A stretch of 64,000 nucleotides of DNA. Source: Lama guanicoe. Its lineage: Eukaryota. Location of the stretch: NCBI GenBank assembly GCA_013239625.1, contig MU054098.1, forward strand, positions 1,085,568 through 1,149,567, read 5' to 3'. Shown here one piece after another: positions 24,925-38,399 of the stretch. A model generated the notes under the pieces. That model was not told where the DNA came from. It worked only from the letters and a program-made list of their open reading frames with translations, and searched no databases. The translations under genes and the position numbers were made by a program. Each line of letters opens with the position of its first letter. Position 1 is the stretch's first letter.

Positions 24925-25900
24925 ATTCATTCTTTCATTAAACAATTATTTGACTTATAGTCTGGACCAGTCACTGTGTGTGCACTGAGAATACAGTCAT
25001 AAACAAAACAGGCCCGCTTACTGTTCCCATGGAGCTCACCATTATTGGGGAAATACACTTACAAACAAAATCTCCTCCGAACCCAGAAAACCTCCCCACA
25101 AAGGCAGCCGAGAAAGAAAGCAATTTTATTATTGAACAAGCAATAAATCAGAATGCAATGCACATCCCAGGTAACCCGTTCAAGAGACTGCAGTGACAGG
25201 AAGAAATCTTACTCTAATCTAAGCTAAATGAATACAACACATTAAATTAATGTTCTCAAGACAAAATTGCTAGTTTTCTGCTATCTTTATGATTGAAAGT
25301 AGGTTTTTGCCCTTTGGAGTTGCTTGCCAGCTGAATTTAAGCCTATATCCTCCTAGGAAACTGGAGGATAGGACGTCGTATTCTTTGATGATTGCATTTC
25401 AAAGACAGGACTTTCAGGTTCTTGAGGAAATAGTCCTGAGTTGTGAGACTGGCAAGAGGCTTATTTAGTCATTAAAATGATTTCTATACATTTGAAAAAG
25501 ACAGGAAAAGAAATTTTGAAAAGGGGGGAGGGGAATCTCTTTCCTTATTTTTCAACAGGGAGAGTTTAAGTCATTTATTTTAATTTGTATTTGACATTAC
25601 ACCATGAAGTGGGGAAAAATAAATAATAAACAGAACTTGTATAAATATATAATTATACATCTTGATAAATTTTATGCGACCAGCATGTTATAAGAGGAAA
25701 AAATGAGAGGAATCTTAATCTAGTGTAAGAATTGCTCCCCAAAGAGGCTTTTTAAAAGATGCATCCTGAGCAATGAGCGGGAATTAGTTTCTTAATGAAT
25801 AGGAAGAAGAGCTTTCCAAGAAAAGTCAACAACATGTGTGAAAGCTCTGAGATAAGAGAGAGCTCATTGTGTTCAAGTAACTAAAAGTAGGCTATTGCTA
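24925..25900 (-). mobile_element. L2 LINE 3' fragment interrupted by an LTR
   Basis: 'ttcattcattctttcattaaacaattatttg...cccatggagctcacc' continues after 25601 with 'aagagctttccaag...aacatgtgtgaaagctctgag'. Confidence 0.65.
25043..25601 (-). mobile_element. ERV1-class solo LTR
   Basis: Perfect 4-bp TSD ccat (25039-25042 / 25602-25605); the minus strand starts TGTAA; antisense AATAAA near 25125. Confidence 0.8.
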
Positions 25901-26249
25901 GAGCTAAATGAACTAGAGAACAACTGACATGAGAATTTCATACATGGCTAAAGTTACAGTGAAGTATCTCTCAATGAAGAGAAATATGGAAATAAGGGAT
26001 ACATGAGTGCCTTCTGAGACTGAAATTTTAAACGTATAAACAATGAGAGTAGAAAGTTGCTCAGGCAACTGAAAGAAAGAAAAGAACTCCCAGACTTGCA
26101 AGTCTTGACAGGAATTTAACTGCAACTAGTGGAACATCCAAAGAAAATAAGTAGTTAACAACACCATACTGTGCACTTAAAATTATGTTAACAGGGCCGA
26201 TTGTATGCTAAGTGTTCTTACAATAATAAACAAACAAACAGAAACAGAG

Positions 26250-26645
26250 GAGGAAACACCAAGGCATAGCAAATCAAATTGTATAGAGCCGCAGAGAAAA
26301 GGATGACAGCAGATTTCTCATTGGAAGCAATGCAAGTGAGAAGACTTTAAAGTACTGAAAGAAAAAAACAGTAAGTCTGTACTTCTATAGCTAAATGGAA
26401 ATAGCTTTTAATACAGAAGGCAAATAAAGACTTTTTGAGGGACAAAAAGAGTAAATAATTCATCACCAACAGACCAGTAATACAAGAAATGTTAAAGGAA
26501 GTCCTTAGGGCAGAAGGAAACACATATCAGATGGAAAATGCATCTATGCAAAACAAATGAAGAGCACTGGAAATGGTTAACTAGATAGGGTAAATATGAT
26601 TGTTTTCTTATTATTTAAATCTCTTTAAAATGTAATTCACTTTAA
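26250..26645 (+). mobile_element. L1M ORF1 C-terminal fragment
   Basis: 'ggatgacagcagatttctcattggaagcaatgcaag', 'attcatcaccaacagaccagtaatacaagaaatgttaaaggaagtcctt'. Confidence 0.8.
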
Positions 26646-27164
26646 GTGAGAAAAAAAAAAGAATTAGGAGTGTTGACCAGTAAAATATAAACCAAAACAC
26701 CACTAAGACAAACAAAGATAATCCCAAACAAGCACTATTCAGAGTGCCCTAGCCCAAAGAAAAACTATTTTGTCACTGTGGCAAATACATCCTTATTATA
26801 AGAGTGCAAATTAAATAGCAATCTAAGAAATTCTTTTTATATTAAGTTCAGATTCACCAATTAAAATCTGGATATTTATGTATTGCATATAGCAAGCCTG
26901 TGGGGAGAGAATGAAATGGTAAGAGAAGTGGAGTCTTGTCCCACTTGGCAGTTCTATTCTTAATATCAAATTGCATTAAGTTGAGCTTAATTAGTGTGTG
27001 TTTATTCTGTTAAAAATTCTGATCTTCCTGTCTGCAAAGGCTAAAAGTCCTCTGTAACTGCTTATCTGGGCACCTTTCTGGACTTCCTCTTCATTGCTCT
27101 CAGAAAGTGACATGGTATTTTGCCTCCATCCTGTTATTATAGGTAAGTGTTGTCACACAGTTGG

Positions 27165-27400
27165 TAGCAGAGTGTAGTGGGCAAGTGTGTAAACACTGTA
27201 GTTAGGTTTTCCAGGTTCAAATTCAGACTCTAATCTTGGGTCTTGGGCAAGTTACTTAGCATTTGGTACCTGTTTCCTTACTTGTAAAACAGAACTAGTT
27301 ACACTGTCTACCTCACAGAGGATTAAATAAGATCAAACTCAAAAAATACTTGAAGGATCTGGCACCCATAAAGCACTCAAATGATAGCTAATACCATATT
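27165..27400 (+). mobile_element. MIR SINE
   Basis: 'ccaggttcaaattcagactct...tcttgggcaagttactta...tttccttacttgtaaaac'. Confidence 0.75.
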
Positions 27401-27634
27401 TTTCTCTCTCTTCTTCTATGCCAACTCTTCTCATATTAGACAAACAGTATCCATGTGTGAGATGCACCCCAGGAGGTAATCAGATTTTGATAATGCCTTC
27501 TTCTTTCCAAATGGCAAGGAAGTAAAGCACTCCTATCTAATTCCCCAATGATTAACACTGGTAATGGTAGTTCATATAGGCTGTGGCATAGGGGAAAAAA
27601 GCCTTTGGGATCTGGGTAATTATTCATTAAACTT

Positions 27635-28195
27635 TATGGAAAGAAAAACTTTTCTTCTATTCTCTTAGGTGCATGGCTGGGACTTGCAAATTAAATTTAC
27701 AAAAGATAGATTAACAGGAAAAAAAGGCATACAAATTTTATTTTATTTTACATGCACAAGGGATTCCTGTGGGGAAAAACAAAAGAGGAAAGAATCCAAA
27801 GAAGCAGTTAGACTTGGGGGCTTATATACCATTTTAATAAGAGGCAATAAATGTGGAGAGGTGACTAGACAAAGAAAAGGGAGTTTGGGCTTCTGGGGTG
27901 GTAAAATGCGGGAAGGCAAATATATGGTGGGAACCAATGGTAGATAAGGGTTATTTAATAAGGTTTGTTTACGCAGACTCATCCCAGTGCCATCTCCATC
28001 TCCGGTATTAAGAGTTGTTATCCTCTTCTTGGTATGGGATATAGGGACATTTTCTCAAAGGAAATGTATGTTTTGCTTTCTGTTAGAAGTCAGAGAGTTC
28101 TACATGCGTCTGCTGCTTCTCAGTTGCTTTCAGTTCAAAATAATCCTTATGCCAGAGTGGCATTATTTGGAGTGTCATAGTCTCATCTCCATCAC
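27635..28195 (-). mobile_element. ERV1 solo LTR, MER34-like
   Basis: Minus strand begins '...ccaaataatgccactctggcataaggattattttgaactgaaagcaactgagaagcagcaga', the MER34 5' signature; antisense AATAAA near 27738. Confidence 0.8.
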
Positions 28196-28385
28196 AATCA
28201 ACAAATATTTTTTGAATGCCAACTATAATGTCAGGTGTTGCTCCAGGCACTGGAGTTCATGGAGCTGACTTTTTGGTTGGAAAGACAGAACGTAAATCAA
28301 CAGAAAATAAATGTGATATTGGAAAAACTAACACAGAGTAAGGGGACTGAGAGTAATAAAATGGAAATACTACTTTAGATATATG
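28196..28385 (-). mobile_element. L2 3' end
   Basis: 'caacaaatattttttgaatgccaactataatgtcaggtgttgctccaggcactgg'. Confidence 0.65.
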
Positions 28386-30388
28386 TACTTTCCAGTGAGT
28401 TACCTTTGATTCCACCTTTCTTTTTCTTTTTTTTTTTTTCCATTTACAAGGATACATGAAGCTTGAGCGACATTACCATTGGGATAATCTTCTGCATGTT
28501 TTACCTGACCTCTAAATGTAAGCCTTTTGGAAACTTTAGACTAAGCATAATTATTAACAAAGACGAACAAGAACACAACTGATTATCAACATCATGCAAT
28601 ATTTTAGGTCCCAAAGATCTGATCCTAAATCTCCAGAGACCATCAGTGCTTCATAGCCACTCCAAAGATTTCTATCTCATCCTTACTCAAAGTATCACCC
28701 ATTAGACCTTCCATTGCCTTTTGGTTTCTGAAGGGATCCCCTTTGTTCTTGGCAGAGTTATAAAGCAGAAATGATTAACACCAGGTCCAAGAATGATCGA
28801 TCAGCTCTTTTCTGGCTCAGATTACAAAGTATTCCTACTTCCTCTTGTTCTCATAGAAGGAGCTATTCCTTATATGCTCAGGGGAATGATGTTCTTAAAA
28901 TTCTTGTTAATATTTCACCATCAAAAAAACAAAGCATCATAATCATCATCATTTTCAACAGCAACAGCAAACTATTAACTTAAGGTAACAACACAGTTTT
29001 AATCTGAGAAGGTAACTGACTTGCTCAAAGTCATACAACTTAGTAACAAAGTTAGAAATTGAGGCCATAGTTCCTCATTTAAAAAAAGAAAAATCATGCT
29101 GAAATTTAAGAGAACTGGAGGTACCCTTAAGGGGAAAGAAAACAAAACAAAGTTTCTTTCTGAAAAGTTCCAGCACTTAATAGCTACCCCTCAATACGTG
29201 AAAATAAACAATCAATATGGGACAACAGAATTAGATGAGACTGAAAAATCCTGCTAGTCCAGGAATCACTTCACAAGTGGAAAAGAGTGTTATTTTCAGC
29301 CTTTCAGTGACAGAAGATGCTTTAAATCCTCAAATTCTCATTCACATCTGATCCAACTAAAGATCCAGCCAAGGTCTTCGTTTTACCAAGATAAGTGTGT
29401 CACCGTGGAAGCTTTCCATAAAACTCTATAGAATCCAAATGCCCAGTTTCCTTCTGAAAGGAGAAAGGAGCGTCACTGACACAGGAATATGAAATTAATT
29501 GGATCTATATTTCATTTCAGATCTCTAAGTCATTGCTGATAAAGGAGTCTTTAATCTCCAGTGTAGAACTCTGTATCGCAAGCACAATTGAAATCTATCC
29601 ACCATAACTAGCTCTTTGAAAAATGCAGTCTTCATAACCTTACAAGCATTCAGGGGAATAATTTCTTACCACCTGCATTATCAGCTCTATCCCTTTTATG
29701 AGAGAATTAGTCAAAAATGCAGTCCTATAAGATGGTTATGATTTTAATCTCTCTGGTGATTGGAAAGGGAGCACGAGTGCTTTTGACTGCAGGCAGAAAT
29801 GTTTGCTAGAAGTCATTACAGCTTTTGTTTCTCATCCTCTTAAACAAATTAATAACATTTGGGAAAAAAAGCCTAAGGTCTCAATATTATTTTTGTCACA
29901 CCAAGGTAGTCTCAAATAACGAACATGCTCTGAAACAATTTTTTTCTAATTGCTAGGAAAATGCATAAATGTCCAATAACTTTGTCCTTTAAAAAAACAC
30001 AGTAACTCCCAGTCAACATTTAAATATATTTAGATGTGTGTATGTCAAATGTATACTATACACACAACAGGATATGTGTATATGTGCACCAAATGGATTT
30101 CCCTAGTTGAACATGTTTTTGAATTATCCTTCGTAACAACGAAGAGGAGAAGAAAGCATCTGGGGTGCCCAAGGGCAACACAACAGATATGAAAACTGGA
30201 ATGGTACAAAGCACGTGACAGCACATGAAAAAGCGCTCTGCCTGCATGAGCTGAATGTTATTCAGAGAGGCAGATTTTCTCTTACGAATTTTGTTTTCTT
30301 GTTGTTTCTGAAAACAAAAAAATGTAAGATGATCAGATACTGAGGGCACATGCTTCACAAGTGTCTGGGACCCTGGATGTGCACAGGT

Positions 30389-30450
30389 CCACCCACCCAC
30401 ACACACACACCCACACACATACACACACCCACACATACACATGCACACAC
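30389..30450. repeat. Interrupted (CA)n microsatellite
   Basis: Directly visible. Confidence 0.9.
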
Positions 30451-32424
30451 AGGGCTGTCTTAGTAGCACCAGTATCAGCAACACTCTCTGGGTATACGAG
30501 ACCCTCCTTGATGCTAATGAACCTTATCAAATATGCCCAGTTTCTTAACGTACTCAGCATGCATTTCTAGACACATGAAGTATCTAGATTTTTTTTATAT
30601 CAGTAATAGATTTTTATGCTTGAAGGCTTTAAAAATGAACTACTTCCACACATTTTCTATTCTACTTGATTGGTTTGTTAAAGGTTTCTCGCTTTCATCC
30701 AAGTTTTCCTTTGGTTGATTTTCAATACTTAATTATACTTCCCTTGAACTCTTTTCCCCCAGACTTCATCTGTCTCCTGAAAGGCTGCTATACTTAAGAC
30801 TTCCTCTTCTCATCCTGGAGTTTTAAGAAGAGGAATCAAATGTTATGTGCTGATTTGAATAACACCACCTTGTATACCATCACGGAAGTTTTCTTGCTAT
30901 CTCTCATGCTAATTTTGATGGCTAAAATTGCAATCTTAGAGTGCCTTGTGACCTCTCAGAGACCTAAACATGTATGAAAAAGAAGAAACACATAAGCCCT
31001 TCTAGGATTCTGTTTACTCTAAATCATGCTATTTTCTTGGTGATTTTAAGAATCAGATGCAGTAACTATTTTCTATACCATTCTTACTAATAATTAAACC
31101 CATTTTATTTAGCTTATTGAATTGTGTTTACCAATTTCAGAAAAGGAATCTGGAAAATCAGTTTTACTCATTCTGAATAGCCTAAGAAGTGATGTTCAGG
31201 CAAACAGTTGTGAGAAACCGCATCAGAGTATTTCCAATACATGATCACCATTTCTTATTTTCTCTAACCAGAACATTTGTACCATAACTAAGCCACTATG
31301 AAGTGGCCTTTAGCTACTCTGTAATCTTTGAAACTGTGACTCCTATGCCCCATCCCAACTATCTTTCCTGAATTAAAAAAAAAACCTTCTTATCTATATT
31401 TACAGACACAAAGGATAGAAAGCATCCTGGACATGTTAAATTGCCTTCAAATTGCTTAAGGTTGTTTTTATTTTGGAGGATGAGGTAGGAAGCCAGTGGG
31501 ATAGGAGGGTTATTCTATATGGAGTATAACCTTTTAAAACAAGTTTTGTGTAAGAAATAAAGCAAAGAAGATAAATGCAGATAGACTGAAAAACAGAGGA
31601 GGATTCCACAAGAGAAGATAGGCATAGAGAGTGATTATATTTTCAATAGATACTACACTCTTTAGTATATGGATTCTGTAGAACGATTATCTATAATTTA
31701 CTGTGTATATTTGTGCTCAATTTTGATACTGAGAAATATAAAGCTCTGATCTCTAGCATTTTGAACTCCAACAATGTAAAAACCATCACAAGATAATGTA
31801 CCATGATGAAAGCAGTTTTGCCTAGGCACTTCAACCACAATATTGGCAAGAAAAGAGGTCATTTGAGAGGCAAGATAGATACAAAGTTGACTTGGGGACA
31901 GAGTTTGTTTGAGGCAGTAGCAGCATTTCCAGAGAGAGAGATCCTGGCAGTAGTATAAAGCGAGCAATTGGAGTGCTTGTGGGGATATGTAGCTGGCAAG
32001 TAAACTGGAGGATCATCAGCAGAGACTGGACAGTCAAAACACAGGGGATTCACGTAGGTAAAACATATCCTGGGGGAATGCTGAGAATTATGGGCCTGGA
32101 CGAGAAAGTGGAGCCATCAAAGGGGGAGAAAGCGTAGTCAAAGACATTTTGAACACACACTCTATGCCTGGTATTGTGCTGAATGCTAGGAACACAAAGA
32201 CAACTAAATTACGGTGTCTGCCCTGAAGCTCACAGTATAGTCTAGGGAAACGCATATTCTGGCATCTACTTGCAGTAAAGATCGTAAGAGACATTTAAGA
32301 CAAGGACAGAGTGGGCACGCAGAAAGAACCAAAGAAATATGGGAAAAGGATAGTAAAAGCACACTCACAGAACACTTTGATAAATGCTTAGCAATGTTTA
32401 AAGGCTGCTTTGCATAATTACTTT

Positions 32425-32590
32425 TAAACATGCAAGGTACACTATGAAGCAGATTCTAATATGCTATTTTTACAGATCAGGAGACTAAGGCACAGAGAGC
32501 TTAAGTGACTTTCCCAGGATCTCACAACTTTGAAATAAAAGAGCTGGCAGGCACTCTCGCTCCAGAAGCTTTAAGTGTACACACCACATT
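32425..32590 (-). mobile_element. MIR SINE
   Basis: 'attttacagatcaggagactaaggcacagagagcttaagtgactttcccagg'. Confidence 0.8.
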
Positions 32591-32987
32591 TTAAAGGGAA
32601 TAAAACTTGAAATGTTTGTCTTGGTATTGAGGAATATGATGGAAATTTGTTAGATATTCAAGGTTGGAGAAAGGCATTTAGACAGAGAAAAGCATGAGCA
32701 TGGTACCGTGCCATGGCAAGACATATTTGATAAGTCAGTCAGTATAACCAGACTGTTTAACATGGCATCCTGACTTGGAACTTAGCCTTGACGGTTCCAG
32801 GGAGATGCTGCTTTCAGCCGCTGTGTGGTTTATAGTCTATTAGATTATCAAAATTATTTTCTAGCTTAATTGGTGCCTCTTTTGGTCTCACTTTTAACTA
32901 CATGCTGCATAAATCTATCTTCTCTATCCCAGATATTTCACAAAATTATATCAAAATAAAATAAAAATAGAGAAGCAGAACAAAGTC

Positions 32988-33034
32988 CATTATCATCACC
33001 ATGACCACCATCACCACCATCATCATCATCATCA
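32988..33034. repeat. (CAT/CAC)n trinucleotide repeat
   Basis: Directly visible. Confidence 0.9.
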
Positions 33035-34133
33035 TAAATCTAAACAACCCAAACTAGCTCAATTTACTTTGATTTATAAAGCCTGGCAGGCTCTGCCAGA
33101 AGACAAATAAATTTATTGTTCTAATTCAACACGTACCTGGTGTTTCTGCCTTCCCTCATAACCTTTATATACCAATGATCACCCCAACTTTCCCTCTTGA
33201 ACCATCATTTTCTATCCTCCCCAGCTAGCCCTGTCGTCTCTGCCCCTTTCCTCTTCATATTTCCCAATTTCCTTTTGTCAAGTAGTTTTTCCAAATTTCT
33301 CATCCCATTCTCAATAACAGCCAACAGCGCCAGCATCTTAAGGGAGAGAACACAAAACTGGGAGGTTGCTTTGTATGCTGCTGTGTGACAGAGCAATTAT
33401 TATATTTAACTTAGCTGACGAATCTAGAGATTAGATTGTAGATTGGCTGTCATACCAAAACTTAGATTCTGAAATATTTTCTCTTGTTGCAGGAGTATTT
33501 TACCTGAATTTCTCTTTGATCTTTTTTTTTTCATAGAGAGGGCTGTAGAATGAAACATTCCTGCTACATCTTTAAAACTGTAACTCCTTTTCTGCTTCAC
33601 CAGTCTTGTTTCAACAAATTGAATTAGAGATGAATTTGTTATGTTTGTCTATGGAAAAACACTCCTTTATAGTACTGACAATTATCAAGGGAGGAGAAAG
33701 AAAGGACTCCAGGAATATTTATTTTTCTTTAAAATGACTCATATGCTAATAAAGCAAATGCCTTAGGGCTAGTGAGGACCTTATGCATAGATTAGAAAAG
33801 GATTAAGAGCAGCAATTAATTTGGTAACAAGGGAAGTAAAATGGGAGTTTTTCTTGGGGGAACTCTTTTTAGAAAGTGTACTCAATCTGTTTCTAGTTAC
33901 AAGTTTCCTTTTGTTTCTTTTACCTGTTGACTTTAAAAAATTCAGAATAAAACACTTGTGCTTTTGCATTCAGTTCACCTTACTCCTATGCTATATATGT
34001 TTGAGTTCAAGAGAGACATTGTTCCTATTCTCAAGAAGGTTAGAGTCTCATGGGAAGGACATTACATGTAACTGTCTGTTTATTTGTTATTAAACAGCAA
34101 CAGGATACAAGATGTTACTGTAGGGCATAGGAA

Positions 34134-34972
34134 TGTAACCAAGCAAGACCCTATTGTCATCGATGACCATCTGGTATGTGCAGTGGTGCTGGGAACTGCT
34201 TAACTGCATAATGTTTGAAAGGGTTTTTCTCATTTCCTTGCTGACCAGGGTTAGGCTGGAAAGGAGGGAGGCTTGAGTGGTCCACCCAACCCCCTTGTGG
34301 TGCTGGTGCTGCATTCAGGGATCATGCTCAGTGCCCTGCTCCTGACCCCAGTGCCCGCCTCTTGACCCAGACACCTCAGAAACAGCAGTTGGGTGTTTTG
34401 TGCATCCTGTTGTTCATAACTCATCCCAACTGTGCATGTCTGTATTTTTTTGACCCCTTGTGGTTTCCTTGTATCCTGTTGTTTGAGCTGCAGGCCTAAA
34501 CCTGCAACAGGAGGTCCCAGGCCTCAGCCTACTTATAAGGCTTAAAGCATTTATCAACCCGACTTTAAATAGCACAAGTTTTTCTCTAGAGTTCTTTTCC
34601 AAGGATCCCCTTCCTATGTATCCTTTGTTCTAGGTACAAGAACATTAAGAAAGTCCCAAAGCCAGTGGTGAACTTCATACCCAGTGGAGGAAAGGGGACC
34701 ACTGCATCTGCAAAAACAAGAACAACTTTGCAAAAGTTTGCTACCCTGTATGTGATCTCTACGGAAACTAGCTCCACCCCTTAAACTCTTGAACTTTTAC
34801 TATAAAACCCCCTGCCTTCTCCCCTAAGTAGGCTGACAGTCTTGGAGGAATTAGCCCACTGTGATTTCCTTTGCCTGGCAAAGAAATAAAGCTGCCTTTT
34901 CTACTTCATCCAAAACTCTGTCTTTGAGTCTCAATTTGGTAAGCAGCATACAGAGGCCATGTATTAGCAACA
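34134..34972 (+). mobile_element. ERV1-class solo LTR, well preserved
   Basis: TGTAACC...GCAACA termini, perfect 4-bp TSD ggaa (34130-34133 / 34973-34976), TATAAAA at 34801, AATAAA at ~34885. Confidence 0.88.
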
Positions 34973-35224
34973 GGAAGACCATCTAATGTTTCTTGCATAA
35001 TCCAAGTTTCTTCTAGGCATCCTGGAGGAAGTGATTTCTGAGAGAAATCTTGAATAATGACTCTGAGTTAGCTAAGTAATGAGAAGTACAGGGCAGTGGT
35101 TAAAAGTGCATGCTTTTGGGAAAGGCAAGAAATACCTTAGTTAATACATCCTTCCATAAAAGTAACAAAAACACTGGAAAATGGTCAAAATCAATAAGTA
35201 AATACAAAATGCATTTTGTATTCC

Positions 35225-35477
35225 CTTAGTTACCAAAGGGAAAGAGGGAAGGATAAATTAGGAGTTTGGGATCAGGAGATACAAACTATTATATATAAAA
35301 TAAACAACAAGGTCCTACTGTATAACACAGGGAACTATATTCAAAAGTACCTTGAAACTATATGTAATCTCTTGTAATAAGGTATGATGAAAAATAATAT
35401 ATATGTATAAGTGAAAACTATGCTGTACACCAGAAACTAACATATATTGTAAATCAACTAAACTTCAATTTAAAAAA
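35225..35477 (+). mobile_element. Cetartiodactyl-type L1 3' end nested in an older L1
   Basis: 'ggagtttgggatcaggagatacaaacta...aacaacaaggtcctactgtataacacagggaactatattcaa...gtaaatcaactaaacttcaatttaaaaaa'. Confidence 0.85.
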
Positions 35478-35479
35478 TT

Positions 35480-36065
35480 GTTTGTAACTCTTTTCTTCTA
35501 TTTGTCTTAAAAAACAATTGCATTAAACAATTATAAAACCTTGTTGATGGGCATATAATGTATAATGATGTACTGTGTATGGCAACAATAACATACAGAA
35601 GGGAGAGGGAACAGAAATATGTTAGAACAAAATTTCTATTGAAATTAAGTTGGTATTGGTCAGAACTAAAGTCAAGATTCTAATTGTAATTCCCAGTACA
35701 ACCGTTCAATCATTAAATCAATGAAAAAATACAGAAAAAACATTTAAATGATACAATAGAAAAAAATCTAACAAAAGAACATAATAATGCAGTAATGGAG
35801 TAATGGAACAACTAAAAGCCATAAAACAAGTAGAAAATTGCAAAATGCCAGACCTAAAATCTATGTTATCAGTAACTACATTAAACATCAATGGATTTAA
35901 TATTCCAACCAAAAGGAAGAGATTGATTGAACAGATTTAAAAAACAAACACATAATCTAACCATATGTAGTCCATAGTAGACAAACTTTAGATTCAAAGA
36001 GACAAACTGAATGAAAGTAAAAAGATGAAGAAATATATACCATGCAAACGCTAACCAAAACAGGT
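35480..36065 (+). mobile_element. L1M inter-ORF region and ORF2 endonuclease start
   Basis: 'atcagtaactacattaaacatcaatggatttaatattccaaccaaaagg...aaagtaaaaagatgaagaaatatataccatgcaaac' corresponds to EN motifs (ITLNVNGLN..IKR; KVKGWKKIYHAN). Confidence 0.8.
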
Positions 36066-38314
36066 AAAAATTAAATCAGAAACTGCTAGTTCTTTAAAAT
36101 ATCACATACAGTAGCTCATATGAAAATCCTGTGTTTAGTTTTCTTACTGGTATTGGTTTCTACTTTAATCAAAACATGTTCAGAAAAAAAATGATATAAT
36201 ACAAATTCTTTTATTTGTTAAAGACTAATTTTATGGATTAATATGTGGTAAATAATTTTTAAATTGCCTAGATAGTATGTATGTATGACTTTAAGCAGCA
36301 AGAATGAGGTTGGAGAAAGGTTCTTGTAATGCCTTCTCTTCCTTTATCAGAGAGAAAAAAATGTGAATTTGAGGTACTTGTGGAATACCTCTAATGGAAA
36401 TAAACAGAAAGAAGGATGTCATATAGGTCTGAAACAGTCTAGACGGGGATAGAGGTTTGGAGATCATCATCAAAAGAGTGTGATAAATCATGGACAGAGA
36501 TATATCAGAGACTAGGACAGTTAAGTGGGTTTGGATTTGTTTGTGATCAGAAATTAGGTTTCACTGGGCAGGGCAACGGACATTCAGTGTAACCCTGCTA
36601 GCATTGGTTACTGACTGCTTTGTGGAGGTACCATGCTAAAAGTGCAGAGGATGAATAAGGCTTTTTCGATGAGCTTATAGTATAAAAGGGAAATTAAAGA
36701 ATTACCAAAAATATTTACCTTCACTGTTACCTGTTTAACAACTTGATATCTAGGTAATAATTCTCCAAATTCTTTCTGTTCAATGACATAGATTTTATTA
36801 TTTAATGGAAAGTTTTACTTTTATAAGAAGCATCTCAATGTTTAATGTGATATTAAATATATATAATTTAAAACTACCCACTGATTATATTAGAATGTTC
36901 TAATACACATTAGTACATTAGAATGTATGTCATAGTGCATATGCTCTGCTGTATTCTTTTGTTTGTTTTGTTTTAGTTTTTGTGTTTGTGTTTTTGTTCT
37001 TCTGTAATGGTAATGTTATCAATTAAACTCAACAAGTCATGTTATGACATGAATCATTAAATAATAAGTATTGTGCATTTATCATTAATTATAATGACCT
37101 ATAATTATATTGTAGCAAATATATGTTTATTGTTATGGGATTTTCCTCAGTGCAAAAAAGAGTGTTCAAATTTAGCTGAGTTATATATTTTAAATGTTAT
37201 ATAATAATTATAAGCTAATATATCATATATCCTAGATGACAAAAAGGAAACCAATGAATTATCAGTATCAGAAAACAAAGAATATAAAATCAATAAACAA
37301 GAAAATTAAATAAAAGAATTTGGATGATTAAATCCATTTTTGAAAAACATAGATGGAAAATTCCAGAAATTTCTAGCCTCAGGAGAATGTAGCAGATAAA
37401 ACATAAACAAAGCAGATTGCGAATTAACTTTATGTTCCATTACTATGATAACAAAATAATTTTTAACTATAAAATAAAAATAACTCTGAACAATTATTAA
37501 CCAAATGTACTTTCTGCCAATTTAGGTACCTAGGGATAAAATTTGAATATTAAACAATGGACACTCTTGTTGAAAAACAGCATTGTTCCAAGTTCCATGA
37601 AACATTCTACACACATTCTTTCTAATGACAAAAATCACTTGATTCTGGTTACTTTATTATACCTGAAATAATTCCATAATTTTTTCAATGTTCCAAACTC
37701 TTAAAATAGAAAATTCAACTGAAAAAAAAAGAGCACAAAGATGGGCAGTGTGGGTCAAATTCTTATTAAATTTGAAGAATGTGAAACGCATATTAACACT
37801 AGTCTTAAGTACTCAAAATTTAAATCCAATTTGAAAAACAATTAACTGTCCTGTTACAGAACATTAAAAATGTGAAAATGAGAAAAATATTTTCATGCTT
37901 TTGTTGAATACGTAATATACAGGTTTCCACATCTGGTGAAAGAAAACCTAGCAATCAGACTAAGATTACCTAAGAAACTTTATGAGGATGATAATGGTAA
38001 CTTTATTCATTTGGCAGAAAGAAACACATTTGATAACATTTATGCAAAATACCATGTCACAAGATACTATTAAAGATTATTAGGGGATGAAATCTAAAGC
38101 CAAATAATTAAAATTATAACAGATGTGGTAAATAAAATAATTTCAACAAGGAAAAAATTCTAAATATTATTTGGTTATTTTAGTATAACAAAAGGGCAAT
38201 GGATAGGAAAGTGACACAAAATGAAATACAAATGGAAATAAATGAACCTCAATGTATTTCAAATAAATATCATCATCACATTGAAATGATACTAACTCAA
38301 GGCGTTTTTGTTTT

Positions 38315-38395
38315 GCTTTATTGAAATATAGTTGGTTAACAATGTTGTGTTAATTTCTGGTGTACAGCACAGTGATTCAGTTATACCTGTATATA
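38315..38395 (-). mobile_element. Short cetartiodactyl L1 3' tail
   Basis: 'tttattgaaatatagttggttaacaatgttgtgttaatttctggtgtacagcacagtgattcagttata'. Confidence 0.8.
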
Positions 38396-38399
38396 TTGA

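Noticed and set aside
30056..30570. ORFs of 142, 75 and 69 aa with CV/HT-rich sequence
   Set aside because: They are translations of the (CA)n microsatellite, with no coding signal
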